DNA from: Candidatus Poribacteria bacterium
GTDB lineage: Bacteria > Poribacteria > WGA-4E > WGA-3G
Assembly: GCA_965198235.1 (NCBI GenBank)
Contig: OZ240248.1
Span: forward strand, 4,672,001-4,736,000
Length of the DNA stretch: 64,000 bases
Reading direction: 5' to 3'
Under the pieces are notes generated by a model that was given only the letters and a program-made list of their open reading frames with translations, did no database searches and had not been told where the DNA came from. Below are positions 1 to 9,347 of this stretch, piece by piece. The number at the start of each line of letters is the position of its first letter. Within the stretch, counting starts at the first letter, position 1. A program made the translations under genes and the position numbers.

Positions 1-2
1 CT

Positions 3-1106
3 TCGCGAGGGAGAACACCACACCCCGGCGAAGTTTTAGTGCAAAAGGATTTAGCCAACACATTCCGTCAAGTCGCTGAAGGCGGTGCGGAGACATTTTA
101 TCGCGGCGACATCGCCAAAGAAATTGTCCGTTTTTCCGAAGAAACCGATGGACTGATTACCGAAAAGGATTTAGCTGACTTTGAGGTGGAATGGCAGGAA
201 CCTATCTCCGTTACCTACAAAGATTATGAAGTCTACTGTCCACCGCCGCCGTGTTCAGGCTTTCAGTACTTAGAGACACTGAATATTTTGGAAAACGATG
301 CCCTCGGTGAACTCGGACACAATACCCCGGAATACCTGCATCTGCTGATTGAAGCAATTAAGTTAGCGAGTACGGATAGAGCCGAGTATGCTCCACGCCC
401 GAACCCGCCGATTGAACGCTTGTTATCTAAAGACTACGCACGTGCACAACGCGAACGCATTGGCGAACAAGCCGCAGTCAGCGGTGGTGAACGTTGGTCA
501 AAGGACAAACTCCCCGGTGAAATTATCGCTGATGACTGGACAACCGAATGCACAACCCATTTTGACACCGCTGATGCAGAGGGCAATATTGTCGCCGTGA
601 CACAGAGCCTTGGACAACCTTTTGGCTCAGGGGTGATTCTCGGTTCAACGGGGATGTTTCTCAACAATTTCATGAACTGGTTCGACAGAATTCCAGAGAG
701 CCCGAACGCCGTTGGACCGCATAAACGGATAGAGATGTGCATGTCGCCGTGCCAAGTTTGGAAGGATGGAAATCCGTTCGCTGCGATTGGCACACCGGGC
801 AGCCACGGCATCCTTCAAACGACACTACAGATGGTGTTGAATCTGATTGAACACGGGATGAATGTTCAGGCGGCGATTGAAGCACCGCGCGTTCGCGTGG
901 TAAATCCGGGAACGCATGTCAGTATGGAGGGACGTATTCCTGCTGCTGTCCGTGCAGCGTTAGAGGCGCGCGGACATGAGGTAGAGGTGTTGCCTGACTG
1001 GACAGCCGCCGTGGGTGGAGGTCAAGGTATTGCCTTTGATTCCGAAGAAGGCAGTTTCATGGGGGGTGCTGATCCGCGGCGCGATGGGTATGCAATAGGT
1101 GTGTAA
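3..1106 (+). CDS. ggt: Gamma-glutamyltransferase family protein (5' end outside window)
   Basis: Frame open from position 3; CTTHF nucleophile Thr, LNNFM, GTPGS and C-terminal GGADPRRDG motifs. Confidence 0.92.
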   Translation, partial: SRGRTPHPGEVLVQKDLANTFRQVAEGGAETFYRGDIAKEIVRFSEETDGLITEKDLADFEVEWQEPISVTYKDYEVYCPPPPCSGFQYLETLNILENDALGELGHNTPEYLHLLIEAIKLASTDRAEYAPRPNPPIERLLSKDYARAQRERIGEQAAVSGGERWSKDKLPGEIIADDWTTECTTHFDTADAEGNIVAVTQSLGQPFGSGVILGSTGMFLNNFMNWFDRIPESPNAVGPHKRIEMCMSPCQVWKDGNPFAAIGTPGSHGILQTTLQMVLNLIEHGMNVQAAIEAPRVRVVNPGTHVSMEGRIPAAVRAALEARGHEVEVLPDWTAAVGGGQGIAFDSEEGSFMGGADPRRDGYAIGV

Positions 1107-1175
1107 CCTGTAGCAATGCTACTTTCGTTTGGGAAATGTAAATTATTATGGATCTGCGCAAAAGTGAGGGTTTAA

Positions 1176-1625
1176 GTGGCTCATCCGAAACACATTGTTG
1201 CTGCCTCTGGATTGATAAGCCATCCCGACGGTAAAATTTTGGTCATACGGGGTCCGCGCCGTGGATGGGAATTTCCGGGTGGTCAGGTCGAAGAAGGTGA
1301 AAACCTTATTGAGGCGTTACAACGCGAAGTTCAAGAAGAGACCGGAGTCACTGCATCAATTGGACCGTTGGCTGGTGTCTACTCAAACATCAAGTCTCCT
1401 ACTAAAGTGGCGTTTGGTTTCTTAGGAAATTACGTCTGTGGTGAATTAAGTACGAGCGATGAAAGTTTAGAAACCGAGTGGGTTGCACGTGGTTCAGTTT
1501 TGCGACGTATATCACATCCTGTTATTTATGACAGAATGAAAGATATGCTCGATTTTTCGGGACGTGTCATTTATCGCGTTTACACCAATGACCCTTATCA
1601 GATTTGTGAGCAGTGTTTCCTGTGA
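1176..1625 (+). CDS. NUDIX hydrolase
   Basis: Nudix box GGQVEEGENLIEALQREVQEETG. Confidence 0.92.
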   Translation: MAHPKHIVAASGLISHPDGKILVIRGPRRGWEFPGGQVEEGENLIEALQREVQEETGVTASIGPLAGVYSNIKSPTKVAFGFLGNYVCGELSTSDESLETEWVARGSVLRRISHPVIYDRMKDMLDFSGRVIYRVYTNDPYQICEQCFL

Positions 1626-1712
1626 AATCAAGGCAGATTGGCTACTGAAATGTCCTTAACAAAATAATTTTTTGAATTTCATACCCATGATAAAGTTCTT
1701 TAAGGAGGAATT

Positions 1713-2762
1713 GTGAAAAGTTTTAATACCTTGAACAAATCCGTTTTTTTGGCATTGGGACTACTTGTAATCTGTGGTTGTGACGCGATTCAGGACGTAA
1801 TCCTTTCTGACCCATCAACTGAAACAGAGGTTACACCACTTCGCGTAACCATGATATACCCAAGCGATTGCATTGGCTCCGCGGCTTACTGTGATGCCTT
1901 CCATATTGGTGTAAAGGCTGCAGCGGAAGAACTTGGAATTGCGCTGACTGAAGTAAGCGGTATGGAAAACGATCCCGTAGCCACAGAGATGCTCCTAAGA
2001 GATGCAGCACAAAATTCAGAACTTGTTTTGACAGCAGGTTATCAAATGGGAGATGTGCTTGCTCGTGTAGCACCAGAATTTCCTGATGTCAAATTTGCGA
2101 TCTTTGATGTTGTGCTTGATATTCCAAACGTGGCTTCTGTGAACTATAAATCCAACGAAGGATCGTTTCTGGTCGGGGCAATTGCGGCTTTAAAATCGGA
2201 AAGTAACAAAATCGGCTATATCGGAGGTGCGGATGTCCCTCTATTACAAGAATTTGAAGCAGGCTATGTTGCTGGGGTTCACGCAGTCAATCCAGACGCG
2301 GAAGTTACTGTAGAATATATTAGCAAAGATGCAACAGGTTTCGGTCAACCTGAAAAAGCAAAAGAATTGGCTTTAGCACAATATGAACGCGGAATAGATG
2401 TGATTTACGTTGCTGCTGGCGGATCCGGCCAAGGAGTGCTCGAAGCCGCTCAAGAACAACAAAAGTTCATCATTTGGGTTGATTCCAATGGTAACCATCT
2501 TGCCCCTGGAATTGTCTTGACGAGTATGACAAAAGAGATTCCGGCTTCTGTGCAGCGCATCATCCGAGAAACCGCTGGGGGCAATTTTATGGCAGGTGTC
2601 CGATACTTCGGACTCGAAGATGGCGGTGTCAGTTATGCCATTGATGAACATAACCAATCCTTGCTTGCAGACAACCTCATAATGACCGTTGAATCGTTGA
2701 AGGCAAAGATCATTGCTGGCGAGATTGTCGTTCCCAACACAGTTTCGCTTCCGCGTGAATAG
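1713..2762 (+). CDS. BMP/PnrA family substrate-binding lipoprotein (nucleoside-binding type)
   Basis: Lipobox ICGC; NEGSFLVG, IGYIGG, DVIYVAAGGSGQG and WVDSN motifs; RBS AAGGAGG. Confidence 0.88.
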   Translation: MKSFNTLNKSVFLALGLLVICGCDAIQDVILSDPSTETEVTPLRVTMIYPSDCIGSAAYCDAFHIGVKAAAEELGIALTEVSGMENDPVATEMLLRDAAQNSELVLTAGYQMGDVLARVAPEFPDVKFAIFDVVLDIPNVASVNYKSNEGSFLVGAIAALKSESNKIGYIGGADVPLLQEFEAGYVAGVHAVNPDAEVTVEYISKDATGFGQPEKAKELALAQYERGIDVIYVAAGGSGQGVLEAAQEQQKFIIWVDSNGNHLAPGIVLTSMTKEIPASVQRIIRETAGGNFMAGVRYFGLEDGGVSYAIDEHNQSLLADNLIMTVESLKAKIIAGEIVVPNTVSLPRE

Positions 2763-2812
2763 TCCTTGTGGTGACATTCTGTCTTTGTATTCCTACAAAA
2801 TTGGAGAATTTT

Positions 2813-3193
2813 ATGCTTAATCAATACCCGTACCCGGAGTCCGAAGGTAGACGGGGTATCGTGATTGGAATTTTGGTCAGCTTGATTACTTGTGGTATCT
2901 ATGGACTTTACTGGCAATACAAGCAGATGGCAACACTTAATGCTTGGTTGAAGCGGGATGAGTACTCTTTTTGGCTCTGGTTTTTTCTTTCGATTATTAC
3001 TTTCGGCATCTTCGGTATCTATTATGAGTACAAGATGGCAAATGGTATCAATAAAGTTCAGGCTGATAATGATTTGGTATTTGATTCAAACTTGCCTATC
3101 ATCTGTGTTGTGTTAGCAATTGTCGGTATTGGTGTTGCTTCACTCGCTATTCAACAGCACCAGATTAACAGACTCTACGGACGAACTCCTTAA
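2813..3193 (+). CDS. DUF4234-like membrane protein
   Basis: Repeated LITCGIYGLYW / IITFGIFGIYY segments; ATG at 2813 follows GGAG. Confidence 0.75.
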   Translation: MLNQYPYPESEGRRGIVIGILVSLITCGIYGLYWQYKQMATLNAWLKRDEYSFWLWFFLSIITFGIFGIYYEYKMANGINKVQADNDLVFDSNLPIICVVLAIVGIGVASLAIQQHQINRLYGRTP

Positions 3194-3567
3194 TGTTTAA
3201 CCATGTATTTCTCGCCCGTCTCTTTCTTATCGGATTGGGTGTAGTAGGGGTTTACACTACAATTTCAGAAATACCACCAGCAGAGGTTTCATTGATTCCG
3301 TGTATACTTCATTTAGTAACCGATATTCCATGTCCTGGGTGTGGAATGACGCGGGCGTGCCTTGCTTTAACACACGGACATTTCGCAGACGCTTGGCGTT
3401 ACCATCCGTTTTCTTATTTAATTATTGGATTGGCTATCGGGTCGGCATTCTTTCCGATGTGGTTAAAAAACGCTTGGACCCGTTATTCACCGGTCACTCA
3501 AAATACGATTGCCATCGGTGGAATTGCGCTATGTCTCTCCATTTGGGTTTATAAATTGTGGGCATAA
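3193..3567 (+). CDS. DUF2752-like membrane protein
   Basis: PC...PCPGCGMTRA...HP motif; TAATG coupling to upstream gene. Confidence 0.85.
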   Translation: MFNHVFLARLFLIGLGVVGVYTTISEIPPAEVSLIPCILHLVTDIPCPGCGMTRACLALTHGHFADAWRYHPFSYLIIGLAIGSAFFPMWLKNAWTRYSPVTQNTIAIGGIALCLSIWVYKLWA

Positions 3568-3698
3568 AAGCGAAGTCCCTCCACTACCAGTCACAAGCGG
3601 TTCTGTAGTAGCAGATGAATCTCTTCAGTTCCGCAAATGTACATAGCGACGAAGGTCTATGGAAAACTGTGGTAGATCGAATTATAAAGAGCGAAGTC

Positions 3699-4640
3699 TT
3701 AGTGCCCCCTCAGGATAGTCCCCTTCGCACCGACAATCCACCCCGCATTTTTCTGGAGATAGATATCCTGCAAGTTGTGTTGAGCCGGGGTAGGATAACG
3801 GTTCCATGTGTTGCCACTATCGGTTGTGTGAAGGATTAACCCTTTTTCGCCGACTGCCCACCCGCGTTTTTCGTCACGAAATGCCACGTCCCGTAGGTTT
3901 AGATTTACAGGCGTTTTTTGCCGAATCCACGTTATTCCACCATCAGTGGTATGGAGAATCAAGCCGTTTGTCCCGACAATCCATCCATACGTCAGATTTG
4001 CGAAATGGACAGCGAATAAAGGCTGCTCGGCGTTACTTCTCTGTTGAACCCACCGTTTTCCGCCATCTTGGGTATGCAGGACTTCACCCTCTTCCCCAAC
4101 AATCCATCCGTGTGCTGGATCGACAAAATACACACCCCATAAATGTTTATCTGACAGACCTCTTTGGCTCTCCCAACGACCCCCACCATTCTCTGTTTTG
4201 AGCACTGTCCCTTTTCCGCCAACTGCCCAGCCTTCTGTCGTACTAACGAAATGCAGGTCCAAGATTCCTGGTGATGTCTTGCTCTCACCGCGTGCTTGGT
4301 GTTGCAAGTTCCATGAAGCACCACCGCTGCCCGTATAGTGCACCTGTCCAATGCTGACGGTCCAGCCGTTGTTTGGGGTCGCGAAATTAACTTGCGTCAG
4401 TGTGTCTTTCGAGATCAAAGTCGCTTTCCAAGAGGCTCCACTGTCAACCGTAGATAGTACTGTTCCACCCGTACCGACTGCCCATCCGCGTTTCGTATCT
4501 ATAAAATGGATGCCGTAAAGATGTTCACCCGTCCCGCTTTCAAGTTGTCGCCACTCAAATTGCACCGTATCTTGGGAGCAACCGAGGCACACAAGACTTC
4601 CACACAAAATCATGAGCGCGATGTAGTTTTTATTCTGCAT
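3699..4640 (-). CDS. Ycf48/Hcf136-like BNR-repeat beta-propeller lipoprotein
   Basis: Repeats of GWxVGxxGxILHTxDGGxxW; lipobox CLGC. Confidence 0.88.
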   Translation of the reverse strand: MQNKNYIALMILCGSLVCLGCSQDTVQFEWRQLESGTGEHLYGIHFIDTKRGWAVGTGGTVLSTVDSGASWKATLISKDTLTQVNFATPNNGWTVSIGQVHYTGSGGASWNLQHQARGESKTSPGILDLHFVSTTEGWAVGGKGTVLKTENGGGRWESQRGLSDKHLWGVYFVDPAHGWIVGEEGEVLHTQDGGKRWVQQRSNAEQPLFAVHFANLTYGWIVGTNGLILHTTDGGITWIRQKTPVNLNLRDVAFRDEKRGWAVGEKGLILHTTDSGNTWNRYPTPAQHNLQDIYLQKNAGWIVGAKGTILRGH

Positions 4641-4923
4641 TTCAGGTCCCCTTTTCCGAACAAAATTTTATTGCATCTGTTTTTTGAATCGTGGTAGACT
4701 ATACTATTATAAGGAATCTGTGGCGAGTTGTCAAGCTCTTACAGAAGTACCACTTTTAGACTTGAACCCATGATTTGACAAAAAGTAAAAAATATATAAT
4801 GACTCTGGCAGTTATGGAGGTTCGACTTAGCACCCGCGACACCTTGTCGCAGTACCACACTATTCTCTGTGACAAACGAATCAAGACTGGCATAACTGGC
4901 AAACAACTAAAGGAAATACGAAA

Positions 4924-5118
4924 ATGAATCAAGACAAATTTGAAGAAATGGTGGTGTCCACATTAGAGAGCGTACGCGCCGACCTTTCCAATATCAAGTC
5001 CGACATCTCATGGGTCAAAGGGAAGCTAGAGGGCCGAGCGGAGACACGTCATGTTATCCTAACAGCGATTTCTATTATCGTTGCTATCTGCGCTGTTGTC
5101 ATCGCTATTTTGAAATAA
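4924..5118 (+). CDS. Small coiled-coil protein with C-terminal TM helix
   Basis: 64 aa; AAGGA RBS; amphipathic helix then hydrophobic VILTAISIIVAICAVVIAIL. Confidence 0.7.
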   Translation: MNQDKFEEMVVSTLESVRADLSNIKSDISWVKGKLEGRAETRHVILTAISIIVAICAVVIAILK

Positions 5119-5161
5119 GAGCGAAGGCGGCAAGTGGAGATCCGAAAGACCTTAGCATATT

Positions 5162-6067
5162 ATGTACATCATCGGAATTGATGGCGGCGGAACGAAAACA
5201 ATTGGTATTCTGGCAACAGGAACGGGGCAACACCTTGCACAAGTGCAATCGGGACCCGCAAACTACCACGTCGTTGGCGAGGCAAGAACGCAGGCAGTTT
5301 TAGAAGACATCGTCGGGGAGCTCTATGAAAAAGCAGGCGTTCCATCAGGAAATTCTGTCCGGTTCTGCTTGGGTATGGCTGGTTTGGGACGCTCCGCAGA
5401 CCGAGAAGTGATTGGACGAATTTGTGATGAACTCGGCATCTGCCAAAATCGGGTCTTGACCCACGATGCACATATCGCTCTCGTTGGTGGCACGGAGAAA
5501 CAGGAAGGTGTAATTGTCATCTCTGGAACCGGTGCGATTGTCTACGGCATCAATGCCGATGGCAGAGAAGCACGCGCGAGCGGATGGGGATACCTACTTG
5601 GAGACGAAGGGAGCGGTTACGATATTGCTATAAAAGGACTCCAAGCCGTTACTCGTGCTGCTGATGGCAGAGGCGATCGAACCGAATTGACAGATCGAAT
5701 CCTCAATAGACTTGAACTCAACGAACCACCTGAACTGATTCGCTGGGCGCACGCCGCGAGTCGAGATACGATTGCCCAGTTGACAGAGGTAGTGTTTGAT
5801 ACTGCCCGAACAACAGACGCGGTCGCAGGATGCATTGTTGATGAGGCGACTGATGAACTCGCTTGTGCCGCAGTCAGCGTAATTGAACAGTTGAAATTCA
5901 CAGAGCCGTTTGATATTGTTCTCAGTGGTGGCAATCTCATCCATCAAACGATGTTCGCCGACAAACTCCGCCACCGGTTTGCAAGGATTCAACCAGAGGC
6001 ATCGGTGCAACTTCCAAAACATGAGCCCGCGTATGGTGCTGTGTTGTTAGCACAAGCGAGTTTGTAG
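5162..6067 (+). CDS. BadF-type N-acetylglucosamine/N-acetylmuramic acid kinase
   Basis: GIDGGGTKT, HDAHIAL, ISGTG and GWGYLLGDEGSG motifs; adjacent to murQ. Confidence 0.88.
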   Translation: MYIIGIDGGGTKTIGILATGTGQHLAQVQSGPANYHVVGEARTQAVLEDIVGELYEKAGVPSGNSVRFCLGMAGLGRSADREVIGRICDELGICQNRVLTHDAHIALVGGTEKQEGVIVISGTGAIVYGINADGREARASGWGYLLGDEGSGYDIAIKGLQAVTRAADGRGDRTELTDRILNRLELNEPPELIRWAHAASRDTIAQLTEVVFDTARTTDAVAGCIVDEATDELACAAVSVIEQLKFTEPFDIVLSGGNLIHQTMFADKLRHRFARIQPEASVQLPKHEPAYGAVLLAQASL

Positions 6068-6073
6068 ACGGAA

Positions 6074-6979
6074 ATGATCACCAGCAAAGGATGCATGCAG
6101 TCCACAACGGAACAGCAAAATCTGACTTCTGTTGACATCGATCTGAAGTCAACATCAGAAATCGTCCGGATTTTTCACGAAGAAGATCGGAAAGCGATTA
6201 AGGCAGTAGAAGCAGAATCCGAAGCGATTGCACACGCTATTGAATTATGCGTTGCTGCATTTCGCGCCGGTGGCAGACTGTTTTATGTCGGCGCGGGTAC
6301 GAGTGGTAGACTTGGGGTGTTGGATGCCTCCGAATGTCCACCGACTTTTAGTACGTCCCCAGAGATGGTCCAAGGGATAATTGCTGGTGGGGACGTTGCC
6401 TTACGTCGCTCGGTGGAAGGTGAAGAGGATAAGCTTGAAAGTGGTGCGCTCGCTGTCCGGGAGCGACAACTCACATCACAAGATGTGCTCGTCGGCATCG
6501 CAAGCAGTGGACGGACGCCTTATGTTATAGGGGCTTTGAGGGAGGCGCGTGCTATTGGTGCGACAACAATATTTCTCTGCTGCGTTCCACCTCCTGAGCA
6601 ATTAAAAGGATGGGTGACGCATTTCATCACACCCATTGTCGGACCGGAGATTATCACCGGCTCAACCCGATTGAAAGCGGGAACAGCCACAAAGTTGGTT
6701 CTGAACATGTTGACGACTGCTTCTATGATCAAACTGGGTAAGGTCTACAATAATCTGATGGTAGACGTACACGCCTCTAACACGAAACTGGTCGCGCGGA
6801 GCATCCGAATTGTCCAAGCCGTCACTGGGGTTGATGCTGTGGTGGCTGAGGAAGCGTTAGCACGGGCAGGCGGTCGTGCTAAACTCGCTATTGTAATGCT
6901 CGCGAAAGGACTGAATCCGACGGACGCGAATACACTATTAGATGAACATGAGGGATTTCTAAGGCAAATTCTTCAGTAA
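6074..6979 (+). CDS. murQ: N-acetylmuramic acid 6-phosphate etherase
   Basis: GAGTSGRLGVLDASECPPTF and GPEIITGSTRLKAGTA motifs; true start may be ATG 6095. Confidence 0.95.
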   Translation: MITSKGCMQSTTEQQNLTSVDIDLKSTSEIVRIFHEEDRKAIKAVEAESEAIAHAIELCVAAFRAGGRLFYVGAGTSGRLGVLDASECPPTFSTSPEMVQGIIAGGDVALRRSVEGEEDKLESGALAVRERQLTSQDVLVGIASSGRTPYVIGALREARAIGATTIFLCCVPPPEQLKGWVTHFITPIVGPEIITGSTRLKAGTATKLVLNMLTTASMIKLGKVYNNLMVDVHASNTKLVARSIRIVQAVTGVDAVVAEEALARAGGRAKLAIVMLAKGLNPTDANTLLDEHEGFLRQILQ

Positions 6980-7175
6980 CTCCACGCTAAAGCGTGGAGA
7001 TTGTAGAATATCCCGAGCCAACGGGGGACCCTGCAACGCGAGATGCTGAATACACGCACATATCGCGGACCTTGTGGTGGCACACAACAAGACGGTACTA
7101 GGTGCTCCCCAAGCCTGTATCCTCTCTGGTTCCGTGATGTGGATGGGGCAACATACAACCCGAAAGGGGATTTAC
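6972..7175 (+). ncRNA. omegaRNA scaffold (HEARO-like) of the IsrB element
   Basis: Starts TCAGTAAC-TCCACGC-TAAA-GCGTGGAG-ATTG, the typical IscB/IsrB 5' hairpin; contains GGTGCTCCCCAAGCC...CTCT...GATGGGG; directly upstream of isrB. Confidence 0.8.
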
Positions 7176-7180
7176 TAACT

Positions 7181-8245
7181 ATGTTAGTTCCAGTAAAAAC
7201 GAAAGACAGTGAAAAGTTAATGCCAACCACTCCTGAAAGGGCGGCTATGATGATTAAGTGTGGCGATGCTACGCCTTACTGGAGTAATGGTATATTTTGT
7301 ATAAGACTCAATGTAGAACCCTCTGGAAGATACAAACAGGATATAGCAGTAGGCGTAGATCCTGGCAGTAAGAAGGAAGGTTTTACAGTTAAGAGTGAGT
7401 CTCATACTTACCTGAATGTGCAAGTAGATGCCCACAACAAAATCGGTAAGAAAATCAAGAATAGGCGGGAACTACGCAGAGGTAGAAGGGCGCGTAAGTG
7501 TCCTAATAGAAAGAACCGCATGAACCGCTTAGCCAACAAGCATCGTATACCAGCAGGCACACGCGCAAGATGGGATTGGAAACTACGCATATTAGATTGG
7601 TTGGCTAAGATATATCCAGTCACGCATGTATGTGTAGAAAATATCAAGGCACACACTAAGCAGTATCAAAAGCGTTGGAATCAATCGTTTAGCCCGCTAG
7701 AAGTCGGTAAAGAGTGGTTCTATAGCGAAATCTGCAAAAAGTGGAAATTGTTCACGCTGCAAGGGCACGAGACCAAAGAACTGCGCGATAGATTAGGTCT
7801 CAAAAAGTCATCTAACAAAGTCGCAGAGACGTTTGACGCACATTGTGTAGATAGTTGGGTGTTGGCATATCATACTATTGGCGGTGATCCTATAGTAGAC
7901 AACACCGATATATTTTGTATTTTACCATTCCAAGTAAAGCGTCGTACGTTGCATAGACAACTGCCACAGAAAGGTGGTAAGAGACCAAGATTTGGTGGAA
8001 CAAGATGCCTTGGACTGAGTAAAAACACATTGGTTAAACATCTTAAACACGGATTAGCAGTGATATGCGGACACCAACAAGGTGGATTTTCCTTGCAACC
8101 TATTCAAGGTGGAAAACGTGTTGCATTAACAGCAAAACGCACTGATTTTAAGGTATTAAAGAAACTGAATTTCCGATACAAAACTGTAAGTCAAGTAATA
8201 TCTATACAACAGAAAGATATTGCGTTACAGCTAACATTATTTTAG
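7181..8245 (+). CDS. isrB: IsrB RNA-guided nickase (RRXRR family, IS200/IS605 OMEGA)
   Basis: 354 aa from ATG 7181; KLMP (PLMP) motif, RuvC-I GVDPG, Arg-rich helix RRELRRGRR, RuvC-II VENI, RuvC-III AHCVDS; no HNH domain. Confidence 0.88.
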   Translation: MLVPVKTKDSEKLMPTTPERAAMMIKCGDATPYWSNGIFCIRLNVEPSGRYKQDIAVGVDPGSKKEGFTVKSESHTYLNVQVDAHNKIGKKIKNRRELRRGRRARKCPNRKNRMNRLANKHRIPAGTRARWDWKLRILDWLAKIYPVTHVCVENIKAHTKQYQKRWNQSFSPLEVGKEWFYSEICKKWKLFTLQGHETKELRDRLGLKKSSNKVAETFDAHCVDSWVLAYHTIGGDPIVDNTDIFCILPFQVKRRTLHRQLPQKGGKRPRFGGTRCLGLSKNTLVKHLKHGLAVICGHQQGGFSLQPIQGGKRVALTAKRTDFKVLKKLNFRYKTVSQVISIQQKDIALQLTLF

Positions 8246-8383
8246 AGGAAAAACTAAAGAACGTGTTGATTTTCTTTAACAATTGGGTTTCCGTCCCGAT
8301 TTTTCCGTTGTCAAAATTGGGTTTTCGATTTGGTGAAGAACATCGGGGGATTAGGGCACTAACAATAAGGTCAGGAGGAACCG

Positions 8384-9334
8384 ATGGGTACAAAAGTTGG
8401 GCTTGCCAAGACCGGCAGGCGACGTTCTAACGTTTTTGAAGCGTTGGACAACATACGCGAGGATCTCACACCGAAAGTCCGTGAGCAGGTACTGTTAAAA
8501 CCGAATTTTCTCTCCAGTACGAATCAACTCGCTTCGTCGCACGTCGATGCGATGCGAGGCGCGCTTGATTTTCTGCTGAGTACACCACATCCGCCGAAAG
8601 AGGTGATTATTGCCGAAGGCGCAAATGAAGCGTTCTCCGGTGAGGCATTCCAAGTTTTTGGTTATGAGGCACTTCAAGCCGAGTACGATCTCCCGATCCG
8701 GCTCGTGGATTTGCATCAGGAAACCGAATGGGTGAAAACCACGGTCTTTCTTGCTGAGCGCAATGAAGATACCGTGCGGATGCCGAAGATAGTATTGGAT
8801 TGCCCCTGCACTATTTCTGTTGCTATCGCTAAAACACATGATGCCGGGGTCGTAACACTCGCAATGAAGAATATGATTATGGGTACTCTGCACAAGGAAG
8901 ACCGGATTAAAATGCACGGCTATCACAGTCACGCAGACCGGGTACTCCCGCGCGAAGCGCAGACGCTCAATATCAACTTGCTTCGTCTCTCACGCCACCT
9001 TAAGCCCGACATCGCTATTGTTGATGGCACCGTTGGGTTACAAGGCAACGGACCTGGTGGCACCGACTCTGTTCCACTCGGGATCGCGATTGCGAGCGGA
9101 GATGTGTTCGCAGCTGATGCAGTCACGACAAAAGCGATGGGATTTGAGCCATTAGAGATTGGGCTTTTTCATTACGCCAATGCGTTAGGATACGGCACCG
9201 CAGATCTTGACAAGATTGGCATCGTCGGGCCCGCCGTAGAGACAATCGTGACATCGTTTAAGCCCCATGAAACCGCTGAACTCCAGTTCCAGTGGCAAGA
9301 AGCGAGTCCGGCAGAATATCTGGCAGCAGACTAA
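8384..9334 (+). CDS. DUF362 domain protein
   Basis: VLLKPN, IIAEG, KTHD...VTLAMKN and IVDG...GNGP motifs. Confidence 0.85.
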   Translation: MGTKVGLAKTGRRRSNVFEALDNIREDLTPKVREQVLLKPNFLSSTNQLASSHVDAMRGALDFLLSTPHPPKEVIIAEGANEAFSGEAFQVFGYEALQAEYDLPIRLVDLHQETEWVKTTVFLAERNEDTVRMPKIVLDCPCTISVAIAKTHDAGVVTLAMKNMIMGTLHKEDRIKMHGYHSHADRVLPREAQTLNINLLRLSRHLKPDIAIVDGTVGLQGNGPGGTDSVPLGIAIASGDVFAADAVTTKAMGFEPLEIGLFHYANALGYGTADLDKIGIVGPAVETIVTSFKPHETAELQFQWQEASPAEYLAAD

Positions 9335-9347
9335 CAAAAGGAGCATT

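Larger units (their letters stand above)
6972..8332 (+). mobile_element. Non-autonomous IS200/IS605-family IsrB element
   Basis: Clear end hairpin at 6972-7002; tentative degenerate end at ~8289-8332 followed by GTGA; no tnpA. Confidence 0.6.

Noticed and set aside
3699-4640. Photosystem II assembly function
   Set aside because: This is a generic BNR propeller, with no photosynthesis genes nearby.
4775-4800. TTGACA...TATAAT promoter
   Set aside because: The spacer is only 14 nt, so it is not called as a canonical sigma70 promoter.
7043-7180. 46-aa N-terminal extension of IsrB in the ORF track
   Set aside because: It overlaps the omegaRNA scaffold; the PLMP-domain position points to ATG 7181.
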